Assembly: GCA_965203805.1 (NCBI GenBank)
Contig: OZ241917.1
Location: forward strand, 2,144,001 to 2,208,000
Reading direction: 5' to 3'
Length of the DNA stretch: 64,000 nucleotides
Source of the DNA: Candidatus Latescibacterota bacterium
Lineage (GTDB): Bacteria > Latescibacterota > UBA2968 > GCA-2709665
The notes under the pieces are model-generated. The model was not told where the DNA came from, did not search any database, and saw only the letters and a list, made by a program, of their open reading frames with translations. Shown here piece by piece: positions 39,476 to 49,109 of this stretch. Position numbers and translations under genes: made by a program. Every line of letters begins with the position of its first letter. Position 1 is the stretch's first letter.

Positions 39476-39715
39476 ATGTCTGAACAGAATGAGCAAGGAA
39501 GGGTTGTATCGAAGTGGTATCAGGACAGTAAAGGAAATACGTCATCGGGCCGTATAATGTCGATGATTGCTTTGTGGGCCGGTATTGTAATCCTTCTCCT
39601 CTTAGCCTCGGGAAAGGCTTGCGAGGCTTGTGATTTGGATCTCGCGCTGGTTGCTCTTTTGGGCGGGGCTTTAGGAGGAAAAGCGTATCAAAGTAGATAT
39701 GAGAATACTCGCTAA
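39476..39715 (+). CDS. Small two-TM membrane protein (holin-like)
   Basis: GGGGAG RBS; QDSKGNTSSGRIM followed by two hydrophobic helices. Confidence 0.6.
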   Translation: MSEQNEQGRVVSKWYQDSKGNTSSGRIMSMIALWAGIVILLLLASGKACEACDLDLALVALLGGALGGKAYQSRYENTR

Positions 39716-39734
39716 TCCTTTAAGACATCTTTAA

Positions 39735-39938
39735 CCATCCCCTAAACTAAATCAAACCGGTCCTACTCTTCCATCTCATTTTGCTGAAGCGTTGGATCAT
39801 TGGCCGGAACCTCACGAAATAAGGGATATTGCTGATAAATTAGAAAATCTAACGCGAGAGGTACAAGAGATGGAAGAGCAACTTAAAGCAAGGAATATAC
39901 CCATTAGCTACGACTCAAAACATATCTCTAGTTATTAA
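39735..39938 (+). pseudogene. Start-less gene fragment (coiled-coil-like)
   Basis: Open frame ...HFAEALDHWPEPHEIRDIADKLENLTREVQEMEEQLK...* ending just before the terminator. Confidence 0.3.
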
Positions 39939-39954
39939 CCCATACCATCAATTG

Positions 39955-39990
39955 TAAACCCCTGGGCCGAGTAGCTCAGGGGTTTATTTT
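39955..39990 (+). terminator. Intrinsic terminator near the right edge of the island
   Basis: TAAACCCCTGGGC-CGAGTA-GCTCAGGGGTTTA followed by TTTT. Confidence 0.7.
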
Positions 39991-40036
39991 ATTGTCTCTT
40001 AACCTATTTAGGGAAATATTGTTACCGTACTCCCTC

Positions 40037-40606
40037 TCACGCGGTCCAGCGCATGACGTCGTCGAGCGGTTTTCGGCGGGGGGACGGAATCTCACTCGGA
40101 TACCCCGTATAGAAGAATCCGATGATATACTCCCTGTCCCGGTCCACGCCGAGCAATTCGTAGGTTTCCTTCTGCATGGTAATGGGGCCCGTGCTCCACT
40201 GCATCCCCACCCCCAGTTCCCAGGCCGCGAGCTGCACGTTCTGCATGGCGCAGCAGACCGCCGCGTAGTCCTCCCGTCGCCGCTGTTCGTCTCCCTCCTG
40301 CACGCAGGAGACCGCGACGATCGTGGGTTTGGACATGAACTTGTCGTACCCCGCCTGCCAGAGCACCCTTCTGGCGTCTTCGCCGGCCTTTTCGGACGCC
40401 TTCCCCTCCTGGATGTCCCCATATCGCCGCGCCAGCGTCTCCTTCGTCGTTTCCCCCAGCACGACGAACCGCCAGGGCTCCGTCACGTGGTGGTTCGGCG
40501 CCCACAGGCCGAACTCGAAGATGCGCTTCAACATCTCGTCAGATACGGGCCTGGCGTTGAATTTGAAGATCGTCCGCCGCGCCTTCAACACATCGAGTAC
40601 GTCCAT
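40037..40606 (-). CDS. Nitroreductase family protein
   Basis: RRTI, WAPNHHVTEPWRF and QNVQLAAWELGVG motifs. Confidence 0.9.
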   Translation of the reverse strand: MDVLDVLKARRTIFKFNARPVSDEMLKRIFEFGLWAPNHHVTEPWRFVVLGETTKETLARRYGDIQEGKASEKAGEDARRVLWQAGYDKFMSKPTIVAVSCVQEGDEQRRREDYAAVCCAMQNVQLAAWELGVGMQWSTGPITMQKETYELLGVDRDREYIIGFFYTGYPSEIPSPRRKPLDDVMRWTA

Positions 40607-40675
40607 CCCGACCCTCCGAAAAATGAACAGGGCCCCCCGGCAACGTCTCTCCATGGGGACCTCACAGCCGTTTAA

Positions 40676-41944
40676 TCATCCCCGCTGTCCCAGCAACCCC
40701 TCCGTAACCTTCCTTACCGCCCGGGCGGCGGCGTTTGCCTCGGCCACGGTATTGTGCTGGGTCATCCGAACCGCCCCCACCCGTTCTCCATAGGTCCTGG
40801 CGTTGGGACATGCCTCAAGCGGATACGCCCCCTTTTCCAGCCTGCCGGGCCTGTAGCTGTTGAACGCCGCGGGATTCCGGTGCAGCCGCCGGAACACCTG
40901 CCAGCCCACCACGTACTGCTGGGGGTTCCCGAATGCCGGTATCCCCTCCGCGGCGACCATCCGGCAGAATTCCGGCGCATTCACCCCCAGGACATCCGCG
41001 TCCACGGAGAACAGCGCCCACCAGTAACTGGGTTTCGCCCCCGCGGGCTGCGGATGCGGTTTGACGCCAGGCACCCCCGAGATCCCCAGATCGAACGCCT
41101 CGCCGAACGCCTGGCGCCTGGCAATCCACTTCGGTACGCGCTTCAGCTGCACCGCCGCCAGGGCAGCGTTTACGTCGCTGAGCCGTACGTTCAACGCCGG
41201 GAAGGCGGGCGTCGCCGGCGCTCCCGGAAACCTCGGATAGCATTTGTCCGAAAACAGGTCCGCCGTTTCGGCCAGTTTCCGCCGTCTTGTCAGAACGAAC
41301 CCGCCCTCGCCCGATTTCATGTGCTTGCTCTCATTCGTGCTCCACGCGCCGAGCTGTCCGAACGTGCCGAGATACCTGCCCTTGATGGAGGCGAGATGCG
41401 CCTGCGCGCAATCCTCGATCACCATCATCCGATGGCGGCGGGCGACCCGCATGACCGCGGGCATATCCACGGCGTACCCCCCGTTATGGATTGGCATGAT
41501 CGCACGGGTATGAGGCGTGATCGCCGCTTCCATCGCCCCCACGTCCATCAGCAACCCGTCCGGCTGCACGTCGGCGAAAACCGGGATCGCGTTCAACTGA
41601 AATATCCCCATAATGCTGCCGTAGTCGGTCAGGGGACTCAATATCACCTCATCCCCCGCGCCGATGCCCGCCGCAGCCAATGCCACGTGGATGGCCGCAC
41701 TGCCGGAACTCGTGGGCACGGCATACGGCAACCCGTAAAGCTTCTGCAGCCCGTCGCGATAGGCCATCACGGCCTTGCCGCGCGCCAGCGGCAGCGCCGG
41801 ACCTGAAAGCAGCTTCTCCAACGCCGCCAGTTCCTCCCTGAAGTGGAACGCTCCCGAACGCCACGGTCTGCTGTGTACCGGCCTGCCGCCGTGGGCCGCC
41901 AGATCGGATTTTCCGGAACCTTTAGCCAAACCACCCTCCTCCAT
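40676..41944 (-). CDS. DegT/DnrJ/EryC1/StrS-family PLP aminotransferase
   Basis: IEDCAQAH and STNESKHMKSGEGG motifs. Confidence 0.9.
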   Translation of the reverse strand: MEEGGLAKGSGKSDLAAHGGRPVHSRPWRSGAFHFREELAALEKLLSGPALPLARGKAVMAYRDGLQKLYGLPYAVPTSSGSAAIHVALAAAGIGAGDEVILSPLTDYGSIMGIFQLNAIPVFADVQPDGLLMDVGAMEAAITPHTRAIMPIHNGGYAVDMPAVMRVARRHRMMVIEDCAQAHLASIKGRYLGTFGQLGAWSTNESKHMKSGEGGFVLTRRRKLAETADLFSDKCYPRFPGAPATPAFPALNVRLSDVNAALAAVQLKRVPKWIARRQAFGEAFDLGISGVPGVKPHPQPAGAKPSYWWALFSVDADVLGVNAPEFCRMVAAEGIPAFGNPQQYVVGWQVFRRLHRNPAAFNSYRPGRLEKGAYPLEACPNARTYGERVGAVRMTQHNTVAEANAAARAVRKVTEGLLGQRG

Positions 41945-42000
41945 TGTCCAGTCTATAGAGTATCTTACCGCTCCACCGCGGATTCATCCCGCCTGCTGAA

Positions 42001-43095
42001 TTATATCGCGTATGTTTCCAGCACCTCTCTGTCGATCTCGATTCCCAGACCCGGACGCTGAATCACCGGCACGTACCCGTCCACCGCGTGGATCGGCTCC
42101 CTGGCGAGTTCGGTTCGGAGACGATTTTCCGTCATGTCGAATTCGAACAACGACGGGAACGGATTTAACGACTCGGGCGTGTCCGGCAGTGTCGCCTGCC
42201 AGTGTATCGTCGCGGCGAGGCGTATGCTGGTTCCCCACATATGGGGCAGTACCCGCACGTGGTTGGCGCTTGCCAGCGCGGCGACCTTTCGGCACTCCGT
42301 AAACCCGCCGGCATCGCAGATGTCCGGCTGCACGATATCCAGCCCGCGTTTCTGGATGAGATCGCGGAACGCCCACCTCCCCTGGAGCGCCTCGCCGCCG
42401 GCAACGCGCACCCCAAGCGTCTGTCTTATCTCGCGGTAACCGGCGACGTCGTCGGTTGAGACCGGTTCCTCGTACCACAACAGGTCGTTCTCAAGCAACT
42501 GACGGCCAACGTGGATGGCCGTACCGGTATCGTACCCGCAGTTGGCATCCACCGCAAGCAGAACCGAATCGCCGATCGCCCGGCGCACCGCGGCCACGTT
42601 TGTGACATCGTAGTCCACGCCGAATCCGATCTTCATCTTCACGGCCGGGAATCCCAGGTCCGCGTAGGCTGCCGCCTCGTCGATCAACGACCGGGTCATA
42701 TCGGCCTTCCGCCGGCAGAACAGTCCGCTGGCGTAAGCCGGAATGCGTTCCCGGAACGCGCCGCCCAGGAGCCGGTATACGGGCATCTCCAGGGCTCTGC
42801 CCACAATATCCCAAAGCGCGATGTCCACCGCGCTCAACTCCGAAAAACCGACCCCGCCACGCAGATGCAGGTCGTTCCAGATGACTTCGATGTCAAAAGG
42901 ATCGCGGCCCACCAGCCTGGCGCGCAGCGACGCTTCGTTCAGACCCGATACCCCTTCGCCCCATCCGGTTACGCCCGCGTCCGTGATGACCTCGATCACA
43001 CCCGCGTTCCGTGCCGTATTCCATGCGATGGCGTTCGCAAACGGCTCTTTCAGAGGGTACCGGAGATTGTAGACCCTGATGTCGGTGATCTTCAT
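42001..43095 (-). CDS. Mandelate racemase/muconate lactonizing enzyme family
   Basis: KMKIG, VDAN, WYEEP, GGE and QPD motifs. Confidence 0.9.
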   Translation of the reverse strand: MKITDIRVYNLRYPLKEPFANAIAWNTARNAGVIEVITDAGVTGWGEGVSGLNEASLRARLVGRDPFDIEVIWNDLHLRGGVGFSELSAVDIALWDIVGRALEMPVYRLLGGAFRERIPAYASGLFCRRKADMTRSLIDEAAAYADLGFPAVKMKIGFGVDYDVTNVAAVRRAIGDSVLLAVDANCGYDTGTAIHVGRQLLENDLLWYEEPVSTDDVAGYREIRQTLGVRVAGGEALQGRWAFRDLIQKRGLDIVQPDICDAGGFTECRKVAALASANHVRVLPHMWGTSIRLAATIHWQATLPDTPESLNPFPSLFEFDMTENRLRTELAREPIHAVDGYVPVIQRPGLGIEIDREVLETYAI

Positions 43096-43114
43096 TTCGA
43101 TTCACATACCTGTT

Positions 43115-43915
43115 TCAAACCGAAGTCCGGCGTCGGTTGTACTCCACCGCCTCCGGAAACAGGCGCGTCAGGTGGCTCAGCGACTCGGCGATTTCACACT
43201 CGCATGCCGAGGCGGGGTACGGGAGCTTGCCCGTGGCGCGAAATCGTCTCCCGTTTCCGGCATGAAAATCGCCGCGCCGGTCCATGAACTGCCCCCAGTG
43301 CCCCATCGTATAGCCGATACGGGGATTCACGACCTCGCTTTCCGCCCAGCGAGTCGGGAACAGAGACCGGAAACGCGGCGTGGCATTCATCCAGCTGCTG
43401 CAACGAACCATTGTGACGTCGGGGCGCCGCGCCCGTGAGTCCGCAAGCATCCGGACCAGCGACGCCGCGAAAGGCGTGAACATCTCGCTGAGCGGCGAGT
43501 CGGGCCTGTATACATTATCGATGTGGATGTTCAGCCGGCCCGACGACGTATAGTCGTAAGACCAGCACTCGTACGGCCGGTCGCCCGACAGACCCTCGTC
43601 GGCCACCCTCAGACGGGCCTCGAGGCTGGGCCACAACATTGCCAGCCCCGCATTCTCGAAGCCCGTCGCCCGGGGATCATCCATATGCCGGATGAAGAGC
43701 GACGCCAGCCGGTCGACCAGGTCCGCCCACTCCGGTCCGACGTTGTCACCGGAGGGATGGTGTTTCCCGTCATAGAAGGACGTGTTCCGGTAGATGTTCA
43801 CCCGCTTGTTTACCACGTCGGCAAAGGGTTCCCTGCCGGTTCTCGCCAGACGCCACACATACCACAGGGAAAGCCTTGTGAATCCCTTCAGATAGCTGAG
43901 GCGAATCGGATCCAT
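43115..43915 (-). CDS. Hypothetical protein
   Basis: 266-aa ORF with normal composition inside a co-directional cluster. Confidence 0.65.
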   Translation of the reverse strand: MDPIRLSYLKGFTRLSLWYVWRLARTGREPFADVVNKRVNIYRNTSFYDGKHHPSGDNVGPEWADLVDRLASLFIRHMDDPRATGFENAGLAMLWPSLEARLRVADEGLSGDRPYECWSYDYTSSGRLNIHIDNVYRPDSPLSEMFTPFAASLVRMLADSRARRPDVTMVRCSSWMNATPRFRSLFPTRWAESEVVNPRIGYTMGHWGQFMDRRGDFHAGNGRRFRATGKLPYPASACECEIAESLSHLTRLFPEAVEYNRRRTSV

Positions 43916-43976
43916 ATCCGGTGTCGAATTCCAGTGACCAGACGGGAACGCGCGACGGATCGCGGGTGAAGGGCGC

Positions 43977-44867
43977 TTATCCTCTCCCCGGAAACGTCAA
44001 TTCGGCAACGCCCGACTTGTCCAGTTCGCCCTTGCCGACTTCAATCATACGGTCGTACTGGCGTTTGGTGGCATCCGCAAGCGGCAGTTGCAACCCGGCG
44101 TCGCTTGCCAGATTCAGGGCGATGCCGGAATCCTTGGCCGCGTGCGCTGATGAGAAATAACACTCGTGGTCCCGGGCCACCATGTCCTCGCCGTCGGTTT
44201 CCAGCACCCTTGAATTGGCGCCCGTCTGGGAAAACACCTGCTGGAGCATCTCCAGATCGAGGCCCAGCGCCGACCCAAGCCCCAACCCTTCCGCCAGTCC
44301 CGCCGTATTGATGTTCATAACCATATTCACGAGCGCCTTGACCTGCGCCGCCTGTCCGGCCGTTCCGATATACTTCAGGTCCGTACTCATCGAGTCCAGA
44401 ATCGGCCGCACGTCGTCGAATACTTCCCGCTTGCCGCCGCACATCAGATACAGCGTGCCTTCCCGGGCCTGGGTGATGCTGCTTGCCATACACCCTTCCA
44501 GGCTTCTCGCGCCCGCCTGTTCCGCCAGCGCTTCGACGTCGACGTGTACCTGCGGCGTGATGGTTGCGCAATTGATGAAGACTTTCCCGTCCGCGTCGTT
44601 CAGCAGACTGTCTCCTCCGGTTGAAAAAACCGCACGCATCGCGTCGTCGTCGGTGACGACCGTAATGATCTGGTCCGCCGCCGCGGTGACGCCCGCCAGC
44701 GTCGCCGATGCCTCGCACCCGAGTTCCCGCGCCAGTTCGGAAGCGGCATCGGGTCGGACGTCGTGGACCGAAGTCACGGAAAAGCCGTCGTCCTTCAGAT
44801 GCCTTGCAATATTCGCGCCCATGCGCCCGACACCCACCACACCGATTCTGAATTCAGAAGTCGCCAT
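43977..44867 (-). CDS. Beta-hydroxyacid dehydrogenase-family NAD(P)-dependent oxidoreductase
   Basis: GVVGVGRMG, VKALVN and HAAKDSGIA motifs. Confidence 0.88.
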   Translation of the reverse strand: MATSEFRIGVVGVGRMGANIARHLKDDGFSVTSVHDVRPDAASELARELGCEASATLAGVTAAADQIITVVTDDDAMRAVFSTGGDSLLNDADGKVFINCATITPQVHVDVEALAEQAGARSLEGCMASSITQAREGTLYLMCGGKREVFDDVRPILDSMSTDLKYIGTAGQAAQVKALVNMVMNINTAGLAEGLGLGSALGLDLEMLQQVFSQTGANSRVLETDGEDMVARDHECYFSSAHAAKDSGIALNLASDAGLQLPLADATKRQYDRMIEVGKGELDKSGVAELTFPGRG

Positions 44868-44951
44868 GTTTCCCTCCGGCATACAAAGAGCGTTCAACTG
44901 CCGGCTCACAAACAGATGCAGCCAACGGTCGAACGCTCCGGTCGGAACATG

Positions 44952-45386
44952 CTACAGGTTATTGTGGAATTCCGTCCAATCGTCCAGATTGTTCAGGTTT
45001 ACCGCATCCAGAATCGACCCGTCATCGGCCACGCCGGCCGCGGACAGGATCGCCCCGCGGGTCTCGTCATCGTGGTGGTATCCGTTAATGGCCGCATTGG
45101 AAGCGTCGATTTCATCCTGAGGAATGCTGCCGCCGCGCTGATCCACCACCCAGTTCTCAAACTCGATATAGGTTGGAAGGTTGCTCTTCACGTAGTCTAC
45201 CGCCGCGTCACGATCGACTTTCAATCCGTCCAGCACCATCTGGTCGTAACCGGCGCCGCATTCCGGATAGTCGTCCGCCAGCCGGCCCTTTGCTGAAAGC
45301 GTCAGCTTCAACCACAACCTGGGGAGGTGGATGGCGCCCAGAGGACCCGCGACACCGGAACTGATAAGGGGAATCGTGCCTGCCAT
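44952..45386 (-). CDS. DUF5069-like protein
   Basis: GPLGAIHLPRLWLK...YPECGAGYD...LNNLDDW. Confidence 0.7.
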   Translation of the reverse strand: MAGTIPLISSGVAGPLGAIHLPRLWLKLTLSAKGRLADDYPECGAGYDQMVLDGLKVDRDAAVDYVKSNLPTYIEFENWVVDQRGGSIPQDEIDASNAAINGYHHDDETRGAILSAAGVADDGSILDAVNLNNLDDWTEFHNNL

Positions 45387-45603
45387 GGTGCGTCTCCTTC
45401 TGAAGTTGGGGAGTTGAAAGGAAACCGCGATATGGACACCGCGACCAATGCACCCCGTTCATCGGCCCGAGTGACTCATAGATGTACAGGATGACAACCC
45501 TGTCAAGTTGAAAAACACCGGACTTGCGCGCTTGGCCGTTCAGAGTGACTATTGACATCGCCGGACCCGCGCGCTGCCGGCAAGTCGTGATCTGAATGCC
45601 GTA

Positions 45604-45648
45604 CACAGAACGAGCGGATGAGATTGAATCTCATCCGCTCGTTCTGTG
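45604..45648. terminator. Perfect 22-bp inverted repeat (terminator or REP-like)
   Basis: CACAGAACGAGCGGATGAGATT-G-AATCTCATCCGCTCGTTCTGTG just after the nuclease stop codon. Confidence 0.6.
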
Positions 45649-45657
45649 CAGGTCCCG

Positions 45658-46329
45658 TCAGGCTTCCCGGCTGTTTTTCAACCGGTCTATTTCGTCCCTG
45701 AGTCTGCCTGCTTCTTCGTAACGCTCCTGCCTGCTGGCCTGCTCCATCTTTCGACGGAGATCGTTGATCCGTACCTCGACGGGGTCGCCGGTGTCGGCCG
45801 ATCCGCTTTTGGGGACTTCGGCCACCGTCATCAGCGCTTCTTCCTTTTCCTCAGTACGTTTGGGCGGGGCCCACGCTTCGATGGTCTCGGGCTCCTCGTC
45901 TCCCTCGCCCGGCGGGTCGTCGTGTCCGGCCTCGGCGACGACGGCTTCCGATACGTAGATCGGCGCTTCGTATCGCAATGCCAGGGCAACGCAATCGCTC
46001 GGACGGGCGTCGACACGCCAGCGCTTCGCGCCGCGCGCCAGCGCCAGTTCCGCGTAAAAGATGCCTTCCTTCAACGCGACAATGTAGACGCCTTCGATTG
46101 TGGTGTCGAGTTGCCCCAGAATCGACCGGACCAGATCGTGTGTAAGCGGGCGCGGCGGGCGTTCGTTCGTGAGTTCGGCGTAGATGGCGCTGGCCTCCAT
46201 CAGCCCGATCACAATCGGCAGCAGCACCTGTTGCTCGCGGTTGCACAGCCAGATCATGCGCGGTTGGGAAACCTGGACGGGTCGTAACGCGTTCAGCGTT
46301 CGATCAATGTCGATCTTGACTTCAACCAT
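45658..46329 (-). CDS. Bifunctional nuclease (DUF151) with C-terminal UVR domain
   Basis: LPIVIG, PRPLTHDL, DARPSD and ERYEEAGRLRDEI motifs. Confidence 0.9.
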   Translation of the reverse strand: MVEVKIDIDRTLNALRPVQVSQPRMIWLCNREQQVLLPIVIGLMEASAIYAELTNERPPRPLTHDLVRSILGQLDTTIEGVYIVALKEGIFYAELALARGAKRWRVDARPSDCVALALRYEAPIYVSEAVVAEAGHDDPPGEGDEEPETIEAWAPPKRTEEKEEALMTVAEVPKSGSADTGDPVEVRINDLRRKMEQASRQERYEEAGRLRDEIDRLKNSREA

Positions 46330-46416
46330 CGCCTTCCTCCGGGTTTTCATCGCCGGAAACGCGGACCGCAATATACGAAAGCCAGGTTCCCCGACAAGGG
46401 TAATTTTCGCCCTTTT

Positions 46417-47718
46417 TTAGACGCGTTGCGGCGCAAACCGTTCCAACAGGCGAATACACGCCGCCTCCAGCCGCTCCGCGCTTCCCGGCGCGACCCGCGA
46501 CCAGGGTCCGGGCACGACCTCGTATCCGCCCTCCGCGTAGGCGCGGTGGATGGGGAAGTAACCGATCCATCCATTTGCGTTGCCCGTAACGAACCATGCG
46601 CCCGCCCGTTTGATCGCAAGCCCCGTCTCCACAAACACCTCCCCCGGAAGTGCGATCCAGCGCAGCCGTCCCAGAGCGATGGCCTGAATCTCGACGTGAA
46701 GCGGTCCCTCGGCGAGCTTGCGCGCGAGGCGCGACGCCAGGCGGTTTTGCGAGGACGGATCCCGCACCGCGTTTTTCTCCGCCTCTTCCAACGGCGGACA
46801 CGGCCTCGCGTCCAGTTCCAGTCGATCCGTCATGTACGCAACTTCGGCGGACGGGAGCGGATCCCCCGTCTTGAGCCGGACGATTTCGTCCAGCGCCGCT
46901 CGACCCAGCGTTCGTCCGATCCGGGACACGTCGTCGAAATTGGTCGTGACGCAGCTCGAGTTCACATTTCCGCACGCGCCGTTGAGAAAGAGACATGGCG
47001 CGCCGTCGAGGCCCTCTTCCACCGAGGCCGCGAGGGCGCCGGGATAGTCGGCGGACACCGGCGGGAGCAGCATGGCCACGACCGGATGCGCGGCATAGTT
47101 CACCATCGCGGCCTGCGGCTGGCCGGTCAGGGCTTCCAGATAAAGAACCGACAGCGCCTCGTCCACGGCCCAGGGTCCGGCAGCCTCCCCGCGCGGAGGC
47201 AACGACCCGGAACGGTTCAGCGAGCCGTCTTTCAGGAGAATCCGCCGATGCCTGGCCACACCCGGCACCTGCGTCGCCCCGGCATACGCCCGGACCGCTG
47301 TCCGCCTTTCCCACGCCTCGGTAACCGTGGATGCAAGCGAGTCCAGATGCGCCTCCAGCCAGTCCTGAATCCCTTCGGTTTCTCTGAACGGCGTCAGGCC
47401 AAGGGTTTCCGGCGTGGAGTGCGAGTGGGTGGCCGACAGCATCACGCCTTCTGCCGGCAAACCCGTCCGCGCGGATATCCGCGAACGCAGTTCATCCGTG
47501 AAATTCCGCCCGGGCCCCAGAATCGCGTTGTCGTAACCGACGGCGTCCACCGCCAAAATCGCGACCGACGCGCAGCCGTCGTCGAGCACCAGGGCCCTGG
47601 CGTACAGGTCGTCGTGGACGCCGTCGAACGGCGCGCAGGTCCCGTTTCCGGACGACGTCAGATAAGGCACCCACGTGGGCGGGGTCACACGCCGCTTTGC
47701 CGCACCGGCCATCAGCAA
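46417..47718 (-). CDS. Neutral/alkaline ceramidase-like hydrolase
   Basis: HDDLYARAL, ATHSHSTP, NYAAHP, SADYPG, GACGN and PGEVF motifs; start approximate. Confidence 0.75.
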   Translation of the reverse strand: MLMAGAAKRRVTPPTWVPYLTSSGNGTCAPFDGVHDDLYARALVLDDGCASVAILAVDAVGYDNAILGPGRNFTDELRSRISARTGLPAEGVMLSATHSHSTPETLGLTPFRETEGIQDWLEAHLDSLASTVTEAWERRTAVRAYAGATQVPGVARHRRILLKDGSLNRSGSLPPRGEAAGPWAVDEALSVLYLEALTGQPQAAMVNYAAHPVVAMLLPPVSADYPGALAASVEEGLDGAPCLFLNGACGNVNSSCVTTNFDDVSRIGRTLGRAALDEIVRLKTGDPLPSAEVAYMTDRLELDARPCPPLEEAEKNAVRDPSSQNRLASRLARKLAEGPLHVEIQAIALGRLRWIALPGEVFVETGLAIKRAGAWFVTGNANGWIGYFPIHRAYAEGGYEVVPGPWSRVAPGSAERLEAACIRLLERFAPQRV

Positions 47719-47843
47719 CTTCGCATACCTCCATTCACCGCGGCCGCGCGATGCGCTGGATGGCTCGCGCGCCATCCGATCCCGGGTTGACATGATCGGT
47801 CCGAACGGATAAATTACGCGCATCCGTCAGGAGAGGAGAATCA

Positions 47844-48668
47844 ATGGAACTTTCGCTTTCCGTTCGGGTTGCCGAGAGCTTCAGCAACAAACGGGTCGTG
47901 GACATCGCGCTGCCCGACCTTGCGGGCATCGCACGCAGGGCCGGATATGCCGCGCTTTGCATGCGCGCCTCGGTCGTGGGTGTCCGGAGCGCCCCCGAAA
48001 CCGTGGCGTCCGCAAGCGCACTGCTGAAACGGGAAGGCCTTGCGGTCTCCATGGTCACCGGCGACTTTGCCGTTCCCGAAAACGGTGACGACGGCCCGGG
48101 CTGCCTGCGGAACATCGCGCCGCACCTGGACCTGGCTCAGGCTCTGGGCTGCGATCTCATTCGCGTCTGCATCAAAACCGAAGCCGACATCCCGTTCGCG
48201 CGAAAATCCGCCGACGAAGCCGCCGACCGGAACATCCGCCTCGCCCACCAGAGCCATACCCTCAGCCTGTTCGAGACCGTGGAGGGCTCCCTGGACGTCC
48301 TCAGAAAAATAGGCAGGTCCAACTTCGGACTGATCTACGAGCCGGCCAACCTCGCGCTGTGCGGCGAAGACTACGGCCCCGACGCGCTGCGAAGATTTCA
48401 ACCGTACCTGTTCAACGTCTACCTGCAGAACCACGCGCCCGACCCGGACGGCGATCGCCCGATGACCACCTGGGCGAGAGGGTCCGTGATGTCGACGCTA
48501 CGTCCTCTGGATGCGCCCGGGGGCATCGACTTCGGCAGCGTCTTCGAGGGGCTGCACGCCATTTCCTACAGCGGCTGCGTCACCGTACACCAGGCATTCG
48601 GCGGGCACCTGACCCCGGATGAAGCCGCCGCCCGATCCGCAAGATTCCTCAAGTCGTTCATCGATTAG
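47844..48668 (+). CDS. Sugar phosphate isomerase/epimerase (AP endonuclease 2 TIM barrel)
   Basis: LGCDLIRV and NFGLIYEPANL motifs. Confidence 0.78.
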   Translation: MELSLSVRVAESFSNKRVVDIALPDLAGIARRAGYAALCMRASVVGVRSAPETVASASALLKREGLAVSMVTGDFAVPENGDDGPGCLRNIAPHLDLAQALGCDLIRVCIKTEADIPFARKSADEAADRNIRLAHQSHTLSLFETVEGSLDVLRKIGRSNFGLIYEPANLALCGEDYGPDALRRFQPYLFNVYLQNHAPDPDGDRPMTTWARGSVMSTLRPLDAPGGIDFGSVFEGLHAISYSGCVTVHQAFGGHLTPDEAAARSARFLKSFID

Positions 48669-48709
48669 GGGGACGGCGTCGGGAGCGGACTGTTGATGCC
48701 CGCCGCGAC

Positions 48710-49075
48710 TCAATTCTCTCCCCCCCGCGCATATTCGGCGGTGATTTCGTGTTCGATCCCGCCCCTGACGTTGAACCGGCCGACCACCGCCATTTCCACG
48801 GGCGCGCAGACCAGAACCAGATCGTCCAGAATCCTGTTTGTCACGTCTTCAAAAAAAACGCCCGTGTCGCGAAAAGACCTGAAATAGTACTTGAGCGACT
48901 TGAGCTCCACGCATTGCTCGCCCGGAACGTAGCGCACCGTTATCGTGGCAAAGTCGGGCTGCCCCGTCAGCGGACACAACGACGTGAATTCCCGGCACGT
49001 GAATTCGATCGTGTACCGCCTGCCCGGACGCGGATTCTCGAACACGTCCAGAATTTCGCCAGCCTCACCCTGCAA
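48710..49075 (-). CDS. queF: PreQ1 synthase (7-cyano-7-deazaguanine reductase), unimodular
   Basis: [24 protein letters not shown] and FNVRGGI motifs. Confidence 0.92.
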   Translation of the reverse strand: MQGEAGEILDVFENPRPGRRYTIEFTCREFTSLCPLTGQPDFATITVRYVPGEQCVELKSLKYYFRSFRDTGVFFEDVTNRILDDLVLVCAPVEMAVVGRFNVRGGIEHEITAEYARGGEN

Positions 49076-49109
49076 TCCCGACCCCTCCTGAAATTGGCCG
49101 CGCCCGCGG

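Noticed and set aside
39964-39982. GGGCCGAGTAGCTCAGGGG resembles a tRNA 5' end (possible att site)
   Set aside because: No anticodon or T arm follows; it is fully explained as part of a terminator hairpin
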